This document shows, piece after piece, positions 1 to 8,893 of a DNA stretch of 64,000 nucleotides. The stretch's first letter is position 1, and every line of letters begins with the position of its first letter. Source of the DNA: Candidatus Zixiibacteriota bacterium (GTDB lineage: Bacteria > Zixibacteria > MSB-5A5 > GN15 > FEB-12). Both the position numbers and the translations under genes were made by a program. The stretch covers positions 86,411-150,410 of the forward strand of contig JBFLZR010000002.1 of NCBI GenBank assembly GCA_040756055.1, read 5' to 3'. The notes beneath the pieces are model-generated. The model was given only the letters and a program-made list of their open reading frames with translations, searched no databases and had not been told where the DNA came from.

Positions 1-995
1 GCCGATTTACGACCGGACATAATAAAAGCAACGTTGCCGATAATCACGAAGGCGATGACCACAAGATGTGACACTGACTGCGATAACATATACTTGGTTC
101 CTTTGGCGCGGGCATTGGCTGCCCTTTCAAATTCGGCGGCTCCGCTCATACCACCTAGCAATCCCGTCAACTGACCTGAGCTGAGATAGGGATATACAGT
201 CGGAGCCTGGACGGCGGTGTTGCCCGCTCCCAGTTTGACGCCATAACGGTCGACAGCAATCTGTACCCACTCGACCGTCCCGGGAAATCCCGAGGAGAGA
301 TTGAAACAGTAGTCTATGTTCGAAAAGTTTCTTATGTTCTTAACCAACGGGAGATCGTCGTATGGTATCCCGCCGTAATCGGTACGAAACATCGACTTGA
401 ACGAACCACCCATGCGCTGGATCACGAACTCGTTACCCGATTGAAAACCGAGGTTAACATAGTCGACGCCGTACTTAAGGTTCTTGGCGGCAATATCGGG
501 TTCAGCCAGAATCTTCTCGAGCGCCAGGACGGCCTGCTGGGGACCCTGGGGCCAGATACCCATAATTATAACTTTCAGGTCGCGCTGGAAACAGATGCGA
601 AGGAAGGTCTCGGCCATCGGCTGAAGTTCTGGGGCCGTGGGCGGGTCGTAATCAAACGGGATAAGCACTTTGGAGCCCGGTTGAAGCTCCATAACCGCAT
701 CGTACACGCCCTGCACTGCGGGAGAAACGGGCATCTCCTGGCTGAGCTTCATAAACAGCGGCACCGCAACAGCCACGCCTACATACAGGAACACAATCCG
801 TCGTTCAATCAGTTTACCCTGAAGCGTTAGCACAAGTATCCACAACAGCGACGCCAGCAGGATGCCTACCACTATCAATGACACGACCGTCGAAAACTCT
901 ATCGGCTCCCAACCGGAAACCTTGCCTATATAGAAAATCAGGCAGAAGACAAGAATAGCGGCAACAGCGATAAGTTCTTTGAGCCTGATAGTCAT
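1..995 (-). CDS. hypothetical membrane protein; partial, C-terminus runs off the window start
   Basis: Not in the ORF track because no stop codon lies inside the window. The minus-strand frame is open from the ATG at 995..993 (GGAG-type SD about 8 nt upstream) to position 1. Hand translation MTIRLKELIAVAAILVFCLIFYIG...SQSVSHLVVIAFVIIGNVAFIMSGRKS reads as protein with hydrophobic helices at both ends. It starts 3 nt after the stop of the upstream gene. The track's plus-strand ORFs 441..830 and 814..1008 are shadows of it. Confidence 0.45.
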   Translation of the reverse strand, partial: MTIRLKELIAVAAILVFCLIFYIGKVSGWEPIEFSTVVSLIVVGILLASLLWILVLTLQGKLIERRIVFLYVGVAVAVPLFMKLSQEMPVSPAVQGVYDAVMELQPGSKVLIPFDYDPPTAPELQPMAETFLRICFQRDLKVIIMGIWPQGPQQAVLALEKILAEPDIAAKNLKYGVDYVNLGFQSGNEFVIQRMGGSFKSMFRTDYGGIPYDDLPLVKNIRNFSNIDYCFNLSSGFPGTVEWVQIAVDRYGVKLGAGNTAVQAPTVYPYLSSGQLTGLLGGMSGAAEFERAANARAKGTKYMLSQSVSHLVVIAFVIIGNVAFIMSGRKS

Positions 996-997
996 AA

Positions 998-1648
998 CTA
1001 TTCTCCACTCCCGATATGTGCTCGCTCGATACCCAGTATAACGCGCAACGAAGTTGACACTACTCCCAGGCCGATGCCAATCATAATCGCACGCTGGCCG
1101 GCAGTCTGCGGATAATCCATAATCCAGTTAGCGAGATCCGAGAAGCGATAGCCTTCCGGCATAAACGACGTAAAGAAGTCACCCACCGGTACGCGTCCGA
1201 TCATCACCAGGAAAGCGGCAATCAAAAGCAACGTGGCTTCGAAATTTCGCGCCCGAAACGCCCGATAGGAAGCCGATGCGACAAAGAAAGCGAGGATGGA
1301 AAACATCGTCGCCGACAGCGGATTGTACATATTATTGTAAAGCCAGTCAAAGGCTGTCCCAGGGTCACGATAATCTCTGCCTTCCCAAAAGCCTATGACT
1401 GTTATAAGAATGAACGAGAAAATTATGACAAGAGAATAAACCCAGTCTTCCTTGCGGTCGAGGACCTTCTGGGCCGAAAGCTTTATCAGGTTCAAAGCGC
1501 CCAGCACGATCGCACAGGCGGCTATAATTGAAAACCAGTCAGCAAACCAGGCATCCATGCGATTGAACGGAAAATGTGGGATAAAATAGCTGACTACAAA
1601 GGTGATGCCGACAATCGCTGTTATTAAAAGTGGTACTTCTCTACGCAT
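998..1648 (-). CDS. polytopic integral membrane protein, unknown family
   Basis: Track ORF of 216 aa with several hydrophobic helices. Stop TAG at 998..1000, 3 nt before the next gene; start 3 nt after the stop of 1651..2991. Confidence 0.6.
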   Translation of the reverse strand: MRREVPLLITAIVGITFVVSYFIPHFPFNRMDAWFADWFSIIAACAIVLGALNLIKLSAQKVLDRKEDWVYSLVIIFSFILITVIGFWEGRDYRDPGTAFDWLYNNMYNPLSATMFSILAFFVASASYRAFRARNFEATLLLIAAFLVMIGRVPVGDFFTSFMPEGYRFSDLANWIMDYPQTAGQRAIMIGIGLGVVSTSLRVILGIERAHIGSGE

Positions 1649-1650
1649 AA

Positions 1651-2991
1651 TTATTTAACCATAAACAGATTGGACAACTGCCACACACCGAAAGATTCCA
1701 GAATAACGCCTATAATCAGCGCCACCAGAATAATTCCTTTACCAATGTCCTGTCCCTTGAGAGAACCCAATAGTTTCGGCTCTTTGGACAGGTAGGACGA
1801 CGCCGCAAAAAGCTCCTCGCCTATTAACGTATAATCGCAAGCGGCCACGAAAAATGGCAGCTGAGCAGGCATTGCCGTACCCGCAATTTGAATTGCACCA
1901 ATAGAGTTGCCCGTTTCTGCCAGAATCAGCGACTCGGCATAAAACTGTCCCATATAAAAGATGGTCGCCGGCTTCTCACGCACAAACATGCCATCAACAG
2001 CCGCAGCATATCCAAACTGATCGTCCGTAAGATAATGAACCTGATCCGGTTTAAACGCATCGGGACGCCCGGCTTTCGAATAGGCCTCTTTGACAACCTC
2101 TCTGCCCGTTACCATCACCAGCGAACGGCAGACAGGAACATCCAGATATGTTTCATATTCAGCGGCAAGTTCGGCTACACGACCCAGGATAGTCAATGAA
2201 GCTATCGTCTGCATGTTATCCATATCGCCCAAGCCGGAAATATAGAATATCTTTTTGCCCATCTCCGTGGCCCGACCCACCGCCTCATCTACCGCTTCCA
2301 TACCGGCAATTCGGCGAATAAACAGTTTCTTTCCCGCTTTGGCTTGTCTAATGTAATAAACGATGAAGAAGCTCAAAAGAATTACCGCGACCATAACATT
2401 TACCCGTCGCTTGTGGAACCATTGAGGTGAAGATGTTACCGGCAGAGTCACCGCAGATTCAGACACAAATTCCCGTACCTCACCGGTTTCAGTAGTAACC
2501 CGATTGAGGGCCGCTACCTTATAGACATACCGGATTCCATCGGCGGTATTGCCATCATCGTTGGAATACTCATCCTTGCCGGCCGGTCTTTCGCCAACCA
2601 ACGTAAATTCGCCCGGTTGATCATCTATATATTCCGCCCTGAATACCGAATATCCTTTGACTTTGCCACCTTTATGATCGTCGGGCGATGGATTCCAGGC
2701 AACAGTAATAGCCCCTCCACCATCATTCGGTGTGTCTTTGACTGTGACATCGGTAGGCGGCAGCGGCCTGGCGTTGGCTTCAAGAGTATCGACGGGGGTC
2801 AAAACAGAATCAGCAATGGCCGGCGTTTCCTGGGCGATTGCTGATATACTTAAGATTATTATTGAAAATAGCGCTAAGACGAGATAAGGGGACTGGCAAA
2901 CCGAAAGGCTTTGTTGATTGCGGCAAGAGCGCTTCAAACTGTCGTTCCTTGCTTCAGTTTCGTTTAACCGTAAGGCTACTTTCGAAATCAA
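1651..2991 (-). CDS. membrane-anchored protein with N-terminal fibronectin-III-like ectodomain and unknown C-terminal domain
   Basis: Track ORF of 446 aa. Signal/anchor-like stretch (LVLALFSIIILSISAIA), then an FN3-like segment (TDVTVKDTPNDGGGAITVAWNPSP...YVYKVAALN), a TM helix (VNVMVAVILLSFFIVYYI), and a C-terminal segment with a second hydrophobic helix. The first annotated codon is probably not the true start. Confidence 0.6.
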   Translation of the reverse strand: MISKVALRLNETEARNDSLKRSCRNQQSLSVCQSPYLVLALFSIIILSISAIAQETPAIADSVLTPVDTLEANARPLPPTDVTVKDTPNDGGGAITVAWNPSPDDHKGGKVKGYSVFRAEYIDDQPGEFTLVGERPAGKDEYSNDDGNTADGIRYVYKVAALNRVTTETGEVREFVSESAVTLPVTSSPQWFHKRRVNVMVAVILLSFFIVYYIRQAKAGKKLFIRRIAGMEAVDEAVGRATEMGKKIFYISGLGDMDNMQTIASLTILGRVAELAAEYETYLDVPVCRSLVMVTGREVVKEAYSKAGRPDAFKPDQVHYLTDDQFGYAAAVDGMFVREKPATIFYMGQFYAESLILAETGNSIGAIQIAGTAMPAQLPFFVAACDYTLIGEELFAASSYLSKEPKLLGSLKGQDIGKGIILVALIIGVILESFGVWQLSNLFMVK

Positions 2992-3300
2992 TAACGGTTT
3001 TCTACACCCGAATGTCCAAGCCTTTCAGACAACCCACCAATAATTATCTGTATATCAGCCAAGGGACAAAACAATAAGACGGCAATGTAACCGCCACCCC
3101 CACTTAAGTCAAGCGAAAAAATCAACACGCCTGTCGATTTAATTAGACAACAACATCTTACGACAACAAGCCAGATTCGAACGACCGGCCCGGGGTGTTT
3201 ACTTGATGTCCTTTCTCACGGGATACTTTTCGTACAATTTGCGTCTGATTTCGACCGAACGAGTCTGCCGGCGGCATCGTCGGTAAGGGTAAAAACGCTC

Positions 3301-3329
3301 TTTACATTTCAAGGGCTTTTTGGTATAAT
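3301..3329 (+). promoter_or_regulatory. near-consensus sigma70 promoter (TTTACA-N17-TATAAT) for the 3439 operon
   Basis: tttaca at 3301..3306, a 17-nt spacer, tataat at 3324..3329. Lies in a 447-bp ORF-free divergent region. Predicted leader of about 100 nt before the ATG at 3439. Confidence 0.55.
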
Positions 3330-3438
3330 GGCAAACTTGGCGGCAATTTACCGCTCGGCCCGAGCTATCTCTTTATGATAGCAGGAGATAATTGGAGTTT
3401 GTTAAGTATCGTGAAATTCAAATATACAGGTAATTTTA

Positions 3439-5289
3439 ATGGCTAAGTTCGAAAATCCAGATGACATAAAGGTCATTGTCGCCACCGACTGCGGATCTAC
3501 CACGACCAAAGCAATCCTGATTGAATACGTCAACGGAGAGTACCGTCTGATTACACGCGGCGAGGCTCCCACCACGGTTGAGGCCCCATTCGAAGACGTA
3601 ACCATGGGGGTGCTCAACGCCGTTGCTGAAGTCGAAGAGTTGTCGGGACGCAAGCTGCTTGACGACGAAGGCCGTATTATTTCCCCCCGTCAGGGCAACG
3701 TTGGCACCGATGTTTACATCTCGACCTCCTCCGCCGGTGGTGGTCTTCAGATGATGGTGGCCGGGGTTGTCCGATCCATGACCGCGGAATCGGCCGAACG
3801 TGCCGCTTTGGGCGCCGGTGCTATTGTAATGGATGTCATCGCTTCCAACGACAAAAGACTCCCCCACCAGCAGATTGAGCGAATTCGCGCCTTGCGCCCG
3901 GACATGATTTTGCTGTCCGGTGGTATTGACGGCGGTACGATGACTCACGTGGTCGAAATCGCCGAGCTTATCTCAGCCGCTGACCCGCGGCCCCGTCTCG
4001 GATCAAGTTACAAGCTGCCCATTATATATGCGGGCAACAAAGACGCTACCCAGGCGGTAAAAGACACCCTCGCCGACAAAGTCGACCTCAAAACGGTTGA
4101 GAATCTTCGACCCGTCCTCGAACGCGAGAACCTCGGCCCGGCCCGTGAAGAAATCCATGAGCTTTTCATGGAACACGTTATGGCTCAAGCTCCCGGTTAC
4201 AAGAAACTTATGTCGTGGACCGACGCTCCGATCATGCCGACGCCGGGCGCTGTCGGACTTATCATTCAGACCATCGCCAAAATTTACGGTATCGAGGCCC
4301 TTGGGGTGGATATTGGTGGAGCAACGACCGACGTGTTTTCGGTTTTCCGCCCGGATGGCGAGACGCCCGTGTTTAACCGCACGGTTTCCGCCAACCTTGG
4401 CATGTCCTATTCGATCTCGAATGTGTTTGCTGAAGCTACCTTGCCGATGGTCATGCGCTGGGTGCCCTTCAAGATGGACGAGCGCGACCTTCGCAACCGC
4501 GTCAAAAACAAAATGATCCGGCCGACAACCATCCCTCAGTCGATGGAAGAGTTGATCTTCGAACAGGCTATCGCCAAAGAGGCTCTCCGCCTGGCTCTCG
4601 TACAGCACAAAAATTTCGCCACCGTACTCAAAGGTGTGCAGCAGCAGCGTACGATTGCCGACGCTTTCGAGCAGTCGTCATCAGGCGCCACCATCGTCAA
4701 TATGATGACGCTCGACATGCTCATCGGTTCCGGCGGCGTGCTCTCCCACGCCCCGCGCCGGCAGCAGTCGGCCCTGATGATGATCGACGCTTTCATGCCC
4801 GAAGGTACCACGCGACTGGCCGTCGATTCGATCTTCATGATGCCGCAACTCGGCGTTCTCACTGAAGTCCAGCCTAAAGCGGCCACCGAAGTTTTCGAAA
4901 AAGATTGCCTCATTCACCTCGGTACATGTGTAGCTCCGGCCGGAACGACCAAGAAACCCGGTCCGGTTATGAAGTATACCATTGAGCTTCCTACCGGTAC
5001 CGTCTCAGGTACCCTGCAGCATCTGGAAATGAAGCGTTTCGAGTTGGGCATACAGGAGAACGGCCTCCCGATGACAGCCAGAGCAACGCTGGAACCGGAG
5101 CGCGGCTATGATGTCGGCGCGGGCAAGGGAAACAAGGTTGTCAAAGATCTTCACGGCGGCGTCGTGGGCATTATCCTCGACGGTCGTGGCCGCCCGTTTG
5201 ACCTGTCGACCCTCAGCGAAGATGATAGAGTGAAATATCTTAAACAGTGGATGACTGAACTCGACATTTACCCGGCTGATAAATTATGA
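3439..5289 (+). CDS. ASKHA-fold ATPase of the glutamate-mutase-L (GlmL/MutL)-like family
   Basis: Track ORF of 616 aa. N-terminal VIVATDCGSTTTKAIL phosphate-1 motif typical of GlmL/MutL-like (EutA-like reactivase) ASKHA proteins; later DIGGATTDV and LIGSGGVL glycine-rich motifs. Confidence 0.6.
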   Translation: MAKFENPDDIKVIVATDCGSTTTKAILIEYVNGEYRLITRGEAPTTVEAPFEDVTMGVLNAVAEVEELSGRKLLDDEGRIISPRQGNVGTDVYISTSSAGGGLQMMVAGVVRSMTAESAERAALGAGAIVMDVIASNDKRLPHQQIERIRALRPDMILLSGGIDGGTMTHVVEIAELISAADPRPRLGSSYKLPIIYAGNKDATQAVKDTLADKVDLKTVENLRPVLERENLGPAREEIHELFMEHVMAQAPGYKKLMSWTDAPIMPTPGAVGLIIQTIAKIYGIEALGVDIGGATTDVFSVFRPDGETPVFNRTVSANLGMSYSISNVFAEATLPMVMRWVPFKMDERDLRNRVKNKMIRPTTIPQSMEELIFEQAIAKEALRLALVQHKNFATVLKGVQQQRTIADAFEQSSSGATIVNMMTLDMLIGSGGVLSHAPRRQQSALMMIDAFMPEGTTRLAVDSIFMMPQLGVLTEVQPKAATEVFEKDCLIHLGTCVAPAGTTKKPGPVMKYTIELPTGTVSGTLQHLEMKRFELGIQENGLPMTARATLEPERGYDVGAGKGNKVVKDLHGGVVGIILDGRGRPFDLSTLSEDDRVKYLKQWMTELDIYPADKL

Positions 5290-5306
5290 GCAAAGGTGGT
5301 ATAAAG

Positions 5307-6065
5307 ATGCTCAAGATGATGAGACTCATAGCGCTGGCAGCGCTGGCTTGTATGTTGATTGCCGCTGAAGGTGTCGCGAAAACCTACGTCAGCCTCAACG
5401 GTAACTTCTATATCAACTATCCCGAGGGGTGGGAACAGATTGACTTTGTAACCGTCGACGCCTTCCTGCAGCGAGGCAGTGCCGATGAGAGCCTGTACAA
5501 CTACGATGCGGTCCTTGCCCCCTCAAGTTCCAGCCCCTTTTTCGCCACTGAATACCTGATCGTAACTCTGGAAATGGTCGGTCAACTGTCCGATTACCAA
5601 GTCGACTCGGTCCTCAGGGAATTTCAGGGTGACTACAGCCGCTCGATCGTGTCGCAACCGTTCGATACTATGTTGACCCGGATAACAACGAGCCGGCCGA
5701 GCTTCGATTCTGTCCTTATGACTCTAAGTATCCTGAGCGACATCTATCAGTCTCAGAATGAGTTAAAAAAGAATCTGACAGTAATGAAGTTTTACGACAA
5801 GGGCATCGCCACATTCTATTTCTATTCGCCTGATACCATGTTCGACAGCAGCAAAAAGACTTTCTCGGATATTGTTCATTCGTTCGGTACCGAAAACGTT
5901 AAAGCCGCTCTCCCAAAGGAGGCTGTCAAGGTGGCCGACATCAAAACCGATGAGCAAGGCAATCTCAGAGAAAGCGGCTCCAAGATGACCCTTTACTTGA
6001 GCATCGGCGTGCTGGCGTTGCTGATAATTTTCATTGTCGTACGCATGAAGCAAAAGAGTAGTTAG
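5307..6065 (+). CDS. secreted protein with C-terminal membrane anchor, unknown function
   Basis: Track ORF 5286..6065, which overlaps the upstream stop as ATGA. The better start is ATG 5307, 7 nt after SD aaggtgg (5293..5299), giving signal peptide MLKMMRLIALAALACMLIAAEGVA. C-terminal TM helix LYLSIGVLALLIIFIVV followed by basic residues. Confidence 0.55.
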   Translation: MLKMMRLIALAALACMLIAAEGVAKTYVSLNGNFYINYPEGWEQIDFVTVDAFLQRGSADESLYNYDAVLAPSSSSPFFATEYLIVTLEMVGQLSDYQVDSVLREFQGDYSRSIVSQPFDTMLTRITTSRPSFDSVLMTLSILSDIYQSQNELKKNLTVMKFYDKGIATFYFYSPDTMFDSSKKTFSDIVHSFGTENVKAALPKEAVKVADIKTDEQGNLRESGSKMTLYLSIGVLALLIIFIVVRMKQKSS

Positions 6066-6094
6066 CTTTTATATAATGTAGAAAGGTTCTCCGA

Positions 6095-7225
6095 ATGGCA
6101 CATGCATATACACCGGGCCTTAAGGTCACTGAGCGACTCCTCGTCAAGAAAAACCGGATCCTCCCTTTGAAAGGTGAAGTGATCGTGAAGGTCGGTGATA
6201 AGGTTAACCCCGATGATGTCGTCGCCCGTACCCACCTCCCCGGCAACGTTGTTCCTCTAAACGTCGCCAATAAGCTCGGTATCCCCCCGGAAGACATGGC
6301 CGAGGTGATGGTTCTGAAAGAAGGCGAGCCTATCAAAGAGGGGGAGCCGATTGCGGTGAAGAAGGCCATCATAAAGTGGTTTTCAAGTTCCTGCAACGCC
6401 ACCATCGACGGCACTCTTGAGTCTATTTCCAGCGTAACAGGTCAGGTTCTTCAACGCGGTCACCCTATCCCGGTCGAAGTAAAAGCATACTTGAAGGGAG
6501 AGGTCGTGGAAGTCATCCCCGAAGAGGGGGTTGTCGTGAACTGTATGGCTACTTTCATCCAGGGCATTTTCGGCATCGGCGGCGAAACTTTTGGCAACCT
6601 TCAGGTGGCGACCAAGGATAACATCACCATCCTCGATGACAGCCTTATCAATGAAAGCATGTCCGGCAAGGTGATAGTCGGCGGTTCGCTGGTGACAGCC
6701 GATGCTATCAAAAAGGCCGCAAAGGTCGGCGTGAAAGGCATCGTGATCGGCGGATTCGACGACAAAGACCTCCGCGACTTCCTCGGCTACGATATCGGTG
6801 TCGCCATCACCGGATCCGAAGAAATCGGCGTTACTCTGGTAGTTACCGAAGGTTTCGGTCAGATCAATATGGCCAAAAAAACCTTCGACCTGCTTAAAGC
6901 CAACGAAGGCAGGATGGTGTGTATCAACGGCGCCACTCAGATCCGCGCGGGAGTGATTCGCCCCGAAGTAGTCATTCCAAAAGAAGACGAAAGCACGCGC
7001 GAAAGAGATCGCGAGGCCGCTCCCATGGAAGGCCTGGGCATCGGATCGCCGGTTCGCGTAATCAGGCACCCGTATTTTGGAATGCTTGGAAAGGTCTCCG
7101 ACCTTCCAGCCCCTCTGCAAAAGCTGGAGTCCGAGTCCAAAGCGCGTATTCTGGAAGTGGAGTTCGAGGACGGAGTGAAGGCAATTGTCCCAAGAGCGAA
7201 CGTAGAAACGATCGAAAGCCGGTAG
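6095..7225 (+). CDS. conserved hypothetical protein (barrel-sandwich-like N-terminus, Gly-rich central domain, KOW-like C-terminus)
   Basis: Track ORF of 376 aa. SD gaaagg 8 nt upstream. GEVIVKVGDKVNPDDVVART resembles barrel-sandwich hybrid folds. The C-terminus GSPVRVIRHPYFGMLGKV...ILEVEFEDGVKAIVPRANVE is KOW-like. No confident family. Confidence 0.55.
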   Translation: MAHAYTPGLKVTERLLVKKNRILPLKGEVIVKVGDKVNPDDVVARTHLPGNVVPLNVANKLGIPPEDMAEVMVLKEGEPIKEGEPIAVKKAIIKWFSSSCNATIDGTLESISSVTGQVLQRGHPIPVEVKAYLKGEVVEVIPEEGVVVNCMATFIQGIFGIGGETFGNLQVATKDNITILDDSLINESMSGKVIVGGSLVTADAIKKAAKVGVKGIVIGGFDDKDLRDFLGYDIGVAITGSEEIGVTLVVTEGFGQINMAKKTFDLLKANEGRMVCINGATQIRAGVIRPEVVIPKEDESTRERDREAAPMEGLGIGSPVRVIRHPYFGMLGKVSDLPAPLQKLESESKARILEVEFEDGVKAIVPRANVETIESR

Positions 7226-7244
7226 CCACACAAGAACATAAGCA

Positions 7245-7282
7245 CAAAAAAAGCCTTCCGCCGATGCGGGAGGCTTTTTTGT
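7245..7282. terminator. bidirectional rho-independent terminator
   Basis: A-run, then gccttccgc-cgatg-gcgggaggc hairpin, then TTTTTT. Sits between the convergent genes ending at 7225 (+) and 7297 (-). Confidence 0.6.
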
Positions 7283-7296
7283 TTCGCAATTATCAG

Positions 7297-7500
7297 CTAC
7301 ATGCTGTCTACTGGCGTCTCTTCGGCCGGCATCACTGTAGTATCCACAGCCGCGGAATCCATTCTCGTGGAATCCATCTGCTCGGCCTGCTGGACCTCAG
7401 CCGGGACCTTATCGGTCTGCTCGGCCTCTTTCTGCCCGCACCCGATGGTGAAAGCCAGGACCAACGCCACAATCATAAGCAGTATAACTACTTTCTTCAT
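7297..7500 (-). CDS. small lipoprotein
   Basis: Track ORF of 67 aa. MKKVVILLMIVALVLAFTIGC signal with lipobox-like Cys; acidic, low-complexity mature part. Confidence 0.5.
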   Translation of the reverse strand: MKKVVILLMIVALVLAFTIGCGQKEAEQTDKVPAEVQQAEQMDSTRMDSAAVDTTVMPAEETPVDSM

Positions 7501-7629
7501 ACTAACTCCTCTCCCATGCGTTCCCGTTTTGGATTTAACGTGGACAACAAAAGCTTTTGAGCGGACCGTGTCAAGCTTAAATATTCATTTAATTTCAATC
7601 TGTGAATTTTCGGGGCAAACCTATTTTTG

Positions 7630-7658
7630 TTGACGTTACTATAAGGTGGGGCTATTTT
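7630..7658 (+). promoter_or_regulatory. candidate promoter for tolQ (TTGACG-N17-TATTTT)
   Basis: ttgacg at 7630..7635, 17-nt spacer, tatttt at 7653..7658, about 80 nt upstream of the ATG at 7738. Confidence 0.3.
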
Positions 7659-7737
7659 CGAACACCTGAAAGATCGAAATTTATTCGCAGCGGAACACAT
7701 GGTGTAACTTTTAGAGAAATAAGGTGTAAAAGACAAT

Positions 7738-8454
7738 ATGAACCCAACGGTTGCGGCAAGTATATTCTCCGGATCGCTCTGGCAGATTATCGGTAATACT
7801 TCTACTTTCGGAAGCTTCATCCTGATTGTCCTGACATTTATGTCGATCGTCTCGTGGGTGATCATTTTTCATAAATGGCGCCAGTTCAAAGCCGTCGAGA
7901 AAGACAACCATCGCTTCCAGCAGAGTTTCCAAAGAGCACGCCAGATATCCGAATCCGTGGGACAGGCCAAGGCGAGCGCCAATTCCCCACTCTCTCAAAT
8001 CTACCTGGCCGGTTACCACGAGTTGATGGAACTCAAAGAACAGAAAAATCAGGGCGGGACTCTCCAGGAGAAAGTCAACCGGCTCGATGATGATGATTTC
8101 GAAATCGTTGAGATGGCCATGGAAAGAAGCCTCACTGACCAGATGGGAATTCTCGAAAGCAAAGTCATCTTTCTCGCCAGCACGGCTAACTCGGCGCCGT
8201 TCATGGGCCTGCTTGGTACGGTTGTCGGTATAATGGATTCCTTTTGGGCTATCGGAGAGCGCGGCTCGGCTTCGCTGGCGGTGGTCGCTCCGGGCATCGC
8301 CGAAGCTCTGCTCGCTACGATTGTCGGCCTCGGGGCCGCCATCCCGGCCGTGATCGCCTTCAACTGGGCCAACAACAAACTCAAATTCATCAACGATTTC
8401 GCCGGCAACTTCATCTCAAGCTTTATCTCGCAGGCCAAAAAGGAGGCTCGCTAG
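7738..8454 (+). CDS. tolQ: Tol-Pal system protein TolQ (MotA/TolQ/ExbB proton-channel family)
   Basis: Track ORF of 238 aa. Three TM helices and the conserved C-terminal GLLGTVVGIM...ALLATIVGL motif of the TolQ/ExbB family. Heads a tolQRAB-pal-cpoB cluster. Confidence 0.85.
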   Translation: MNPTVAASIFSGSLWQIIGNTSTFGSFILIVLTFMSIVSWVIIFHKWRQFKAVEKDNHRFQQSFQRARQISESVGQAKASANSPLSQIYLAGYHELMELKEQKNQGGTLQEKVNRLDDDDFEIVEMAMERSLTDQMGILESKVIFLASTANSAPFMGLLGTVVGIMDSFWAIGERGSASLAVVAPGIAEALLATIVGLGAAIPAVIAFNWANNKLKFINDFAGNFISSFISQAKKEAR

Positions 8455-8888
8455 TGGCCCGTCGAAAACAACGGACATACCGGGCCCTGGCCGATATCAA
8501 TATCGCCAATCTCGTCGATGTCGTTCTGGTGCTGTTAATCATCTTCATGATATCCGCTCCGCTGCTTCAGTCCGGCATCGAAGTTAACCTGCCTCAAACC
8601 AGGGCCGCTGCTATCAGCGAACAGGCCGAAGGCGTCGTTGTTACTCTTGATGCGAAAGGCGGTATTTATATTAACGATGTCTGGTCCCGCCTCGAAAATT
8701 TCGAGACCAATCTCCAGAATGAGATGCGGGCGAAGAATGCTTCCTCGGTGTTCTTGCGAGCTGACTCGATGGTGCTGTATGGCACCGCCATTGATGTAAT
8801 CGGACGTCTCAAGGAGATCGGCATCGAGGAAATCGGTCTGGTAACCGCTCGTCAGGAGAATTCCGGCAGTGGACGCAACCGAAAGTAG
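8454..8888 (+). CDS. tolR: Tol-Pal system protein TolR (ExbD/TolR family)
   Basis: In-frame GTG at 8454 overlaps the tolQ stop as TAGTG. SD aaaaaggagg 8 nt upstream. VARRKQRTYRALADINIANLVDVVLVLLIIFMISAP... is a typical ExbD/TolR N-terminus. The track ORF 8244..8888 is over-extended into tolQ. Confidence 0.8.
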   Translation: MARRKQRTYRALADINIANLVDVVLVLLIIFMISAPLLQSGIEVNLPQTRAAAISEQAEGVVVTLDAKGGIYINDVWSRLENFETNLQNEMRAKNASSVFLRADSMVLYGTAIDVIGRLKEIGIEEIGLVTARQENSGSGRNRK

Positions 8889-8893
8889 CCGTT

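Noticed and set aside
441-1008. Track ORFs 441..830 (+) and 814..1008 (-)
   Set aside because: Both overlap a much longer, protein-like open frame on the minus strand (1..995) that runs off the window and is translationally coupled to the upstream gene. Their own translations are low-complexity, Arg-rich shadow ORFs typical of GC-rich DNA.
6383-7231. 282-aa minus-strand ORF antisense to 6095..7225
   Set aside because: The plus-strand gene has an SD and is coupled into an operon with a consensus promoter and a terminator. The antisense product is low complexity.
8244-8453. 5' extension of the tolR ORF into tolQ
   Set aside because: The extension is in a different frame from tolQ and would overlap it by 210 nt. 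An in-frame GTG at 8454 with an excellent SD (aaaaaggagg) gives the canonical ExbD/TolR N-terminus.
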